Made by a program: the position numbers and the translations under genes. The notes beneath the pieces are model-generated. The model had not been told where the DNA came from. It did no database searches and was given only the letters and a program-made list of their open reading frames with translations. Below are positions 26,412-32,000 of a stretch of 32,000 bases of DNA, one piece after another (positions within the stretch are counted from its first letter, which is position 1; each line of letters starts with the position of its first letter). Source of the DNA: an uncultured Opitutales bacterium (GTDB lineage Bacteria; Verrucomicrobiota; Verrucomicrobiia; Opitutales; Intestinicryptomonadaceae); NCBI GenBank assembly GCA_934613415.1, contig CAKTSY010000002.1, forward strand, positions 270,001 to 302,000, in the 5' to 3' direction.

Positions 26412-27454
26412 CGCTTTTAGAAAAAGTAAAAAACAATTTAAGGATAGAGGCTGCCGAAGCTCTGCCGCTTTTTGATATGCCGCTTTGCGAGCTCGGCGAA
26501 TTGGCAAACATTAGACTGGCGTTTTTGGCCGACACAAAAAAAGTAGGCTACATAAAAAACCGAATGATAAACTATTCGAACATTTGCATAGCAAAGTGCG
26601 CGTTTTGTGCGTACCACTCGGCGGCAAAAGTAATAAAGCCTTTTAAGTATTCCGATTCCGAAATTTTGCAGATTGTAGACGACGCCGTTTTAAAGGGAGC
26701 CACCCAGATAATGCTTCAGGGCGGCTTGTGCGACCAATACGATTTGGAGTGGGCGGCAAACCTGGCGCGCCAAATAAAATCTAAATATCCCAAACTAGAC
26801 TTGCATATATTTTCTCCCTCCGAAATTGTCTATTTTGCAAGAAATTCCAACAAGGGCATTTTTGAGGCGGTAAAAACGCTAAGAGAGGCGGGGGTAGACT
26901 CGATTCCAGGGGCTGCCGACCTGCTTATAGACGAAATACGCGAAAAATATTCGCCTTTAAAACCAAAAAGGGACGAGTGGAAATCGGTTATGGCGGCTTT
27001 GGCAAAGCTTGGGCTTAAAAGCTCGGCTACAATGACATTCGGTATGGGCGAAACTTTGGCGCAAAGAATAGAGCACCTAAACTACATAAGAACCGTGCAG
27101 GACGAATTGAACGTTTTTAACGCCTTCATTGCCTGGCCGCTTGCCCCGGAACACACAAAGCTTGAACACATAAAAAGGGCATCGGCGGTAGAGTTCCTTA
27201 AAACGGTTGCCATTTCCAGAATATTTTTGGACAACATAAAAAACATACAGTCGGGCTGGCTTACCGAGGGAATGAAGGTTGCCGAAATGGCGTTGAATTT
27301 CGGCGCGAACGATTTCGGCGGAATTTTGATGGACGAAATGGTTATAAAGTCTGCCGGAATAGAAAATACGGCAACCGAGCAGACCGTTCGCAAAATGATA
27401 GAAAATTGCGGCAAAATTCCGTTCGAAAGGGACGGGCTTTACAATGAAATATGA
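26408..27454 (+). CDS. mqnC: Radical SAM enzyme of the CofH/MqnC/MqnE family, best read as cyclic dehypoxanthinyl-futalosine synthase MqnC (divergent motifs)
   Basis: CIAKCAFC radical SAM triad. ATMTFGMGETLAQRIEHL and FNAFIAWP follow the MqnC pattern (ATMMFG..ET..RIEHL, FI.W). The usual PGGGAEI and QDETGGF appear here as PGAADLL and QDELNVF. ATGA overlap with mqnA. Confidence 0.68.
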   Translation: MTLLEKVKNNLRIEAAEALPLFDMPLCELGELANIRLAFLADTKKVGYIKNRMINYSNICIAKCAFCAYHSAAKVIKPFKYSDSEILQIVDDAVLKGATQIMLQGGLCDQYDLEWAANLARQIKSKYPKLDLHIFSPSEIVYFARNSNKGIFEAVKTLREAGVDSIPGAADLLIDEIREKYSPLKPKRDEWKSVMAALAKLGLKSSATMTFGMGETLAQRIEHLNYIRTVQDELNVFNAFIAWPLAPEHTKLEHIKRASAVEFLKTVAISRIFLDNIKNIQSGWLTEGMKVAEMALNFGANDFGGILMDEMVIKSAGIENTATEQTVRKMIENCGKIPFERDGLYNEI

Positions 27455-28220
27455 TTTTGCAATAACGCCGTGCCCGAACGACGTTTTTACATACTATGCC
27501 CTGATTTCGGGCGAGGTTGAAAACGAGTTGTTCAACTTTACTTTTTCGGATATAGAAAAGCTGAATAAAGACGCCTTTTTGGGAATTGCTCCCATAACAA
27601 AGCTTTCGTTTGCAGCCTTTTTGAATTTGCGCGACAAATACGAATTGCTAGATGCAGGTTCCGCCCTCGGAATCGGAACGGGGCCTGTTTTGGTGTCGAA
27701 AAATACCGAGTTGGATTTGACTAAAAAAATTGCAGTTCCCGGCATAAACACAACGGCAAATTTGCTATTGAATTTTTATGCAAAACAAAAGTTTTCGGCA
27801 AAGCCAAATGTAGAGCCTTTGCACTTTAGGGAGATTATAGAAAACATAGCTTTAGGAAAATTCGAAAGCGGCGTTCTTATTCACGAGGGTCGTTTTGTTT
27901 TCGAAAAATACGGGCTGCATTTGCTTGCCGACTTGGGGGCTTTTTGGGAAAGCACAACGTCTTTGCCCGTTCCGCTCGGCTGCATTTGCATTAGAAAAGA
28001 CCTTTTGCCAATAAAAGACAAGGTTGAAGGTCTTATACGCAAAAGCCTAAAATTTGCGTTCGACAACCCCGAAAAGACCTATCCGATGGTGGCAAAAATG
28101 GCGCAATATTTAAGCGAAGACGTTTTAAAACGCCACATATACGCCTTTGTAAACGACTATTCTTTCGACATCTCGCAAATAAAAAAAAGCCTTTTGGCGA
28201 ATCTGGAAAAATGCCTGTAA
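27444..28220 (+). CDS. mqnD: 1,4-dihydroxy-6-naphthoate synthase MqnD (PF02621 family)
   Basis: FAITPCPNDVFTYYALISGEV is the characteristic MqnD N-terminal motif (SPCPNDTF). VPGINTTANLLL and VLIHEGRF motifs are present. 11-nt overlap with mqnC. Confidence 0.8.
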   Translation: MKYDFAITPCPNDVFTYYALISGEVENELFNFTFSDIEKLNKDAFLGIAPITKLSFAAFLNLRDKYELLDAGSALGIGTGPVLVSKNTELDLTKKIAVPGINTTANLLLNFYAKQKFSAKPNVEPLHFREIIENIALGKFESGVLIHEGRFVFEKYGLHLLADLGAFWESTTSLPVPLGCICIRKDLLPIKDKVEGLIRKSLKFAFDNPEKTYPMVAKMAQYLSEDVLKRHIYAFVNDYSFDISQIKKSLLANLEKCL

Positions 28221-28762
28221 AAAAAGCATACATATTCGCCACAATGCTCGAGGCCGAAGAGTATATAAATTCTTTCGGTTTTTCTGCGATTTTAGGCGCG
28301 CCTTTTGCCACATATTTAGACCCGAAAAAACGCGTTTTGGCAATAAGCGGAATGGGGCTAAAAAACGCCGAAAATTGCGCAACATATATGTGCAAAAATT
28401 TCGGTTTCTCCGAAATTGTAAACATAGGGGCGTGCGGTGCGCTTTCCGATAAATACAAAGTGGGCGATGTTTTGGCTTTGGACAACGCCGCGTTTTTAAG
28501 CGAACTGGAAAACGCGAAGGCTAAACGCGCAACTTTGGCAAGCGCAAACGCGCCCATAAAAGACAATTCACAAAGGTTGAAATATTCGCAATATGCCGAT
28601 GTTGTGGATATGGAGGCTGCCGCCGTGAAAGCGGTTTGCGAAGAGTTCGGCAAAAATTTTTGCGCGCTAAAATATGTAAGCGATTTTTCGCAAAATTGCG
28701 ATATTGCAGAAAACGTGAAAAAGCTTAGGGGAAAAGTTTTGGAAAAATACGGGCTTTGCTAA
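28211..28762 (+). CDS. mqnB: PNP_UDP_1-fold nucleosidase, futalosine/aminofutalosine hydrolase (MqnB-like), compact at 183 aa
   Basis: N-terminal acidic motif ATMLEAEE (compare MTAN GAMEEE). SGMGLKNAE, NIGACGAL, VDMEAAAV and LKYVSDF motifs of the MTAN/MqnB family are present. 10-nt overlap with mqnD. Confidence 0.7.
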   Translation: MPVKKAYIFATMLEAEEYINSFGFSAILGAPFATYLDPKKRVLAISGMGLKNAENCATYMCKNFGFSEIVNIGACGALSDKYKVGDVLALDNAAFLSELENAKAKRATLASANAPIKDNSQRLKYSQYADVVDMEAAAVKAVCEEFGKNFCALKYVSDFSQNCDIAENVKKLRGKVLEKYGLC

Positions 28763-28804
28763 TGGCTTGATTTTTATACCGAAATGTGCGGAAATAAACG
28801 GTGT

Positions 28805-29476
28805 ATGTTTAAAAGAAATAAAGCCTTTGTTTTGCTTGCAGCCGTTGTTGTGGCTGCGCTTTTTGCCGCCGGCATTTTATACGGCGAAAGCGCCCTGGCT
28901 TTTTATAACGAATTGCTTTTGTATTCTAAACAGTATATGGACAGGCTAAACGAAGCCCCCTTGTGGGTATACCCGCTTTTGCTTGCGGTGTTGCCCGTTT
29001 TTATGCTGCCTGTAAGCCCCATTCTTGTTTTGGCGGGCTCGCGCCCCGAGCCTTTGTGGGTGGTAATTTTAGCGTGTATGCTAGGGCACACTTTAAGCAT
29101 AACAATTTCGTATTTTATAGGCGTAAAATTCGGCAAAATTTTGGGCGCGTTTTTGGAAAAGCGCGGCTATAAAATGCTGAAAGCTTCGTCCGAACACGAA
29201 AGCGAATTGATTGTAATAACAAGGCTTATTCCGGGAAACCCGCTTGCAGTGCAAAACTACCTGTTGGGCATTGCAAGGGTAAGCGCACTAAAATATTTTC
29301 TGTATTCTTTGCCCATTCAATACATTACGCTTATAGCCTACATAGCCTTTGGCGACGGCATTTTAAACGGAAAATTTTTCCCATTTGCAACGGGAATTTC
29401 GATTTTGGTTATAGTGGCGGTTGCCGCCAAAATTATAGTAAAAAAGTTGGAAGCCCGCAAAAATGGAATTTCTTGA
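28805..29476 (+). CDS. TVP38/TMEM64-family (DedA-superfamily) membrane protein
   Basis: About 5-6 TM helices, with the family-typical stretch VLPVFMLPVSPILVLAGS and RLIPGNPLAVQNYLLG. Start set at ATG 28805 (MFKRNKAF); ATG 28784 is also possible. No terminator separates it from mqnB. Confidence 0.7.
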   Translation: MFKRNKAFVLLAAVVVAALFAAGILYGESALAFYNELLLYSKQYMDRLNEAPLWVYPLLLAVLPVFMLPVSPILVLAGSRPEPLWVVILACMLGHTLSITISYFIGVKFGKILGAFLEKRGYKMLKASSEHESELIVITRLIPGNPLAVQNYLLGIARVSALKYFLYSLPIQYITLIAYIAFGDGILNGKFFPFATGISILVIVAVAAKIIVKKLEARKNGIS

Positions 29477-30734
29477 AGCACCCGACGAAATACTTAATGT
29501 CGGCGAATTTTCGCGCAGGCTTAAGAATCTGTTTAAGCTAAGTTTGCCAGAGATGTGGATTAGGGGCGAAATCAGCAACCTAAAAACCTATTCTAGCGGG
29601 CATATATATTTTACTCTTAAAGACGAGCAGGGGTGTTTGTCGGCGGTGCTGTTTAAGGGCTTTGCAAGAAGTATGTCGCTAAAGCTTGCCGAGGGAATGA
29701 AAATTTTGGCTTTCGGCGAAGTTTCGGTATACGAGCAAAGGGGTTCGTACCAGCTTATAGTAAAAGCGGCTTTGCCCGACGGCGAGGGCGGCTTGTTTCA
29801 AAAATTTCAGCTATTAAAGGAAAAGCTGGAAAAAGAGGGGCTTTTCGACTCTTCAAGGAAAAAGGAAATACCGCGCCTGCCGCAAAAAATTGCGGTTATA
29901 ACATCGCCTACGGGGGCTGCAATAAGAGACTTTATAAGCATAATTACGCGTCGCGGTTTTAAGGGCAGCGTAGATATTTTCCCGTCGCTGGTGCAGGGCG
30001 CGCTTGCCCCAAAACAGATAATGGAGAAAATAGACCAAGCCGAAAGTATTGGCGGCTACGACCTTCTTATTTTAATGCGCGGGGGCGGTTCGCTTGAAGA
30101 TCTTTGGGCTTTTAACGACGAGGCTTTGGCGCGCAGGGTATTTGCCTGCAAATATCCCACAATTTCGGCGGTGGGCCACGAGGTTGATTTTTCTCTTACC
30201 GACTTTACCGCAGATTTGCGCGCCGAAACGCCGTCGGCAGCAGCAGAATATTTAACAAACGCCTATGCCGATGTTCTTGCCGCCTTTAAAAATATGTCGG
30301 CTATGTTGGAAAAGTCTGCAAACTATGCGCTTGAAAACCTGCAAAACAAAATGTCTAGTTTGGATTCAAGGCTAAAGCTAAACAGCCCACAAGTTAAGCT
30401 GGACAATTTTAAGATTATGCTCGACGAAAAATCGGCAAAGGCCGACGCCTTGGCCGCCAAGCGCATTGCGCGCTTAAAGGAAATTTTGCACGAAAAAGAA
30501 CTAATGTTTTCTCGGCAAAACCCAAAACCCAAGATAGACGTTTGCAAAGAAAGGCTTGCCGCCGCCGAAAAGGCGATGGCGCTGATGAGCTTCGAGTCGT
30601 CTTTAAAAAGGGGTTGGGCTTTGGCGTTTAACGAAAGCGGAGCTTTAATCGGCAGGGCAAGGCAGGTAAAAGACGGCGAAAATATTTCGCTTAGGTTTTA
30701 CGACGGCTCCGTTAACGCCGTTGCAAAAAAATAG
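29463..30734 (+). CDS. xseA: Exodeoxyribonuclease VII large subunit
   Basis: N-terminal OB fold (VGEFSRRLKNLF...WIRGEISNLKTYSSGHIYFTLKDE...LSAVLF). Catalytic core (IAVITSPTGAAIRDF, RGGGSLEDLWAFNDE, ISAVGHEVDFSLTDFTADLRAETPSAAAE). 14-nt overlap with the upstream gene. No xseB in the window. Confidence 0.9.
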   Translation: MEFLEAPDEILNVGEFSRRLKNLFKLSLPEMWIRGEISNLKTYSSGHIYFTLKDEQGCLSAVLFKGFARSMSLKLAEGMKILAFGEVSVYEQRGSYQLIVKAALPDGEGGLFQKFQLLKEKLEKEGLFDSSRKKEIPRLPQKIAVITSPTGAAIRDFISIITRRGFKGSVDIFPSLVQGALAPKQIMEKIDQAESIGGYDLLILMRGGGSLEDLWAFNDEALARRVFACKYPTISAVGHEVDFSLTDFTADLRAETPSAAAEYLTNAYADVLAAFKNMSAMLEKSANYALENLQNKMSSLDSRLKLNSPQVKLDNFKIMLDEKSAKADALAAKRIARLKEILHEKELMFSRQNPKPKIDVCKERLAAAEKAMALMSFESSLKRGWALAFNESGALIGRARQVKDGENISLRFYDGSVNAVAKK

Positions 30735-30749
30735 CGCGCAAAATAAAAA

Positions 30750-30795
30750 AACAAAAACGCCGCAATTCTCCAACGAGGAATGCGGCGTTTTTATT
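30750..30795. terminator. Bidirectional rho-independent terminator between xseA and the PhoD-like gene
   Basis: AAACGCCGCA(A)TTC (30755-30768), loop, GAATGCGGCGTTT (30778-30790), with one bulged A. An A-rich run lies upstream and TTTTT downstream. Confidence 0.7.
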
Positions 30796-30810
30796 GCAAA
30801 TAAATGTTTT

Positions 30811-32000
30811 TTAGTTGAACGCGCTTATGTCCGACAAGTCTATTTTTTGCGAGAATAGCTCCGCTCCTTTCGAGTCGAAGAACTTTACGGTTAGGCATCT
30901 CGCGCTTTCCTTGCCCGAAAAATTAAGTAATACAAACGAGCGTTTGAATACGCCCGAAGCCGGCACCCTAAAATAGTTAAGCTCTTTTGCGCTTTCGGCA
31001 GGGCGTGCGGTTGTGGGCCCCGCCGTTATGTCGAATACAGGATAAGCTCCGGCCCTAACCATTCTGGAAATTTCGCCGTAATTTTTGTTTGCCGAAACAA
31101 AAACAAGGCCGCTAATTTTTTCCCTTTGCACAAAGTCGAAAAACTCGTTCTTTTCGTTCTTTGCCATTGTAAAGTTTTCGAAACTTTCGGCAGGGTTGCA
31201 AACGGGGGTGTTCATTACAACAATCTTAAAGTTTGCAGTAGATGCCTTTAGCGATTGCTTAAGCCAATTAAGCTGTGTTCTGCCCAAAAACTCGCGCTTC
31301 TTTTTGTTGTATTCTATGTTGTCCTTTTGCGAGCAGTCGTCTACAACAAAAAACTCGGCGTCTCCGTATCTAAAGCAGGTGCGCATTGTATTGTCGGGGG
31401 TATTTTCGTCCCCAAAAGTGGGGTTGGGCCAAAATGCCTTAAAAGCGTCCTGGGCAATGCCTTTGCTAAACGATGTTTTATCGGCCTTTTCTACAGCGTA
31501 GGCGTTTTGCGCCATTATGCCTATGTTTTGTACTGCGGTTAAAAGCGGCAGGCATTCCTTTTGTTTTCTAGAATGAATAAATCGCGAAAAGTAGCCGCCC
31601 CTCGAGCCTAAGTCTGCCGTGCGCAAAGTGTCGGCATTTGCCGCCCAAATTACGGCTTGGGGCTTTTTCGCCAAAGCGGCACCAAATATTTCGTATTCGC
31701 CGCCGGGGGTTTTATAGGCTTCGTCGTATAAAGCTTCGTTTGTGTGGCATTTGCCGAAAACTGCAATCGAAAAGTCCGGCGGGGGCGTTCTTGTAAGGTA
31801 GTCGGGCGAAGTTTTTAGCTTGCCGGCAAACAAAACGCCGCCTTTTGCATCTAAAATTTCGTAGTTGTATTCGTTGTTTGGCTCTAAACCCCAAAGATTT
31901 TTTTTGCCTATGCCGAACTCGTCTAGGGCAACCGCATAGTTTTTAGAAAAACCGTCTTTAAAAACTTTTACGGTTAAAACCGAATTTTCGGCACCATTAA
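30811..32000 (-). CDS. PhoD-like (alkaline phosphatase D family) metallophosphatase; 5' end lies beyond the right window edge
   Basis: I translated the frame upstream of the track's TTG (31833). It stays open to position 32000 (...VKVFKDGFSKNYAVALDEFGIGKKNLWGLEPNNEYNYEILDAKGGVLFAGKLKTSPD), which looks like a PhoD_N beta-sandwich. Downstream motifs FRYGDAEFFVVDDCSQKD and FLGRTQLNWLKQSLKASTANFKIVVMNTPV fit PhoD-like phosphatases. Confidence 0.65.
   Translation of the reverse strand, partial: NGAENSVLTVKVFKDGFSKNYAVALDEFGIGKKNLWGLEPNNEYNYEILDAKGGVLFAGKLKTSPDYLTRTPPPDFSIAVFGKCHTNEALYDEAYKTPGGEYEIFGAALAKKPQAVIWAANADTLRTADLGSRGGYFSRFIHSRKQKECLPLLTAVQNIGIMAQNAYAVEKADKTSFSKGIAQDAFKAFWPNPTFGDENTPDNTMRTCFRYGDAEFFVVDDCSQKDNIEYNKKKREFLGRTQLNWLKQSLKASTANFKIVVMNTPVCNPAESFENFTMAKNEKNEFFDFVQREKISGLVFVSANKNYGEISRMVRAGAYPVFDITAGPTTARPAESAKELNYFRVPASGVFKRSFVLLNFSGKESARCLTVKFFDSKGAELFSQKIDLSDISAFN

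Noticed and set aside
28033-28653. 206-aa minus-strand ORF across the mqnD/mqnB junction, and similar shadow ORFs at 1737-2405, 2862-3503, 5733-6224 and 31085-31501
   Set aside because: All lie antisense within CDS that carry clear family motifs. None has an identifiable domain or start context.
1-32000. Whole-window scan for tRNA/rRNA genes, CRISPR repeats, IS or integrase genes, toxin-antitoxin pairs, restriction-modification or other defence signatures, DnaA-box clusters and dif-like sites
   Set aside because: All gaps longer than 100 bp are accounted for by promoters or terminators. There is no T-loop-like GGTTCGAATCC motif outside CDS and no regularly spaced repeats. No ORF has recombinase, nuclease-NTPase or defence-type motifs. 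The one near-match to a DnaA box (TGTGGATAT around 28604-28612) is isolated inside mqnB. The honest reading is a core-genome region.

Overview
This is a gene-dense chromosomal segment (about 95% coding by my calls) carrying core metabolism genes from a mid-GC bacterium. I call 27 CDS. I found no rRNA, tRNA, CRISPR array, transposase, integrase, phage gene or recognisable defence gene.

Content from left to right:
- tail of a COG1579-type zinc-ribbon coiled-coil protein
- CPA2 cation:proton antiporter with tandem RCK_C domains
- Tat-exported Gfo/Idh/MocA oxidoreductase
- COG1092-type SAM methyltransferase
- pgi followed by a coiled-coil membrane protein and a tiny lipoprotein
- an operon of maf, a TonB_C-like protein, an RluA-family synthase and a DUF1189-like protein
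- a secreted glycoside hydrolase
- smc, prs and a PPi-dependent phosphofructokinase
- a consolidated futalosine-route menaquinone locus: ubiA-like, ubiX, ubiD and an Asp23-like gene on the minus strand, diverging from mqnE-mqnA-mqnC-mqnD-mqnB-TVP38-xseA on the plus strand
- a PhoD-like phosphatase that runs off the right edge

The taxon cannot be fixed from sequence alone. The Tat-signal Gfo/Idh/MocA enzyme, PPi-PFK, futalosine pathway and frequent lack of Shine-Dalgarno motifs fit PVC-group or similar lineages, but that is a guess.

Hunt result: I see no convincing novel defence, mobile or toxin system. The most interesting system-level observation is the near-complete, translationally coupled futalosine super-locus. 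It includes a motif-divergent MqnC paralog, a compact MqnB-like nucleosidase, and two uncharacterised membrane proteins (Asp23/AmaP-like and TVP38/DedA-like) wired into its two operons. The other findings are modest.

All family assignments are motif-level readings of the translated ORFs made from memory of family consensus. None is a database hit.
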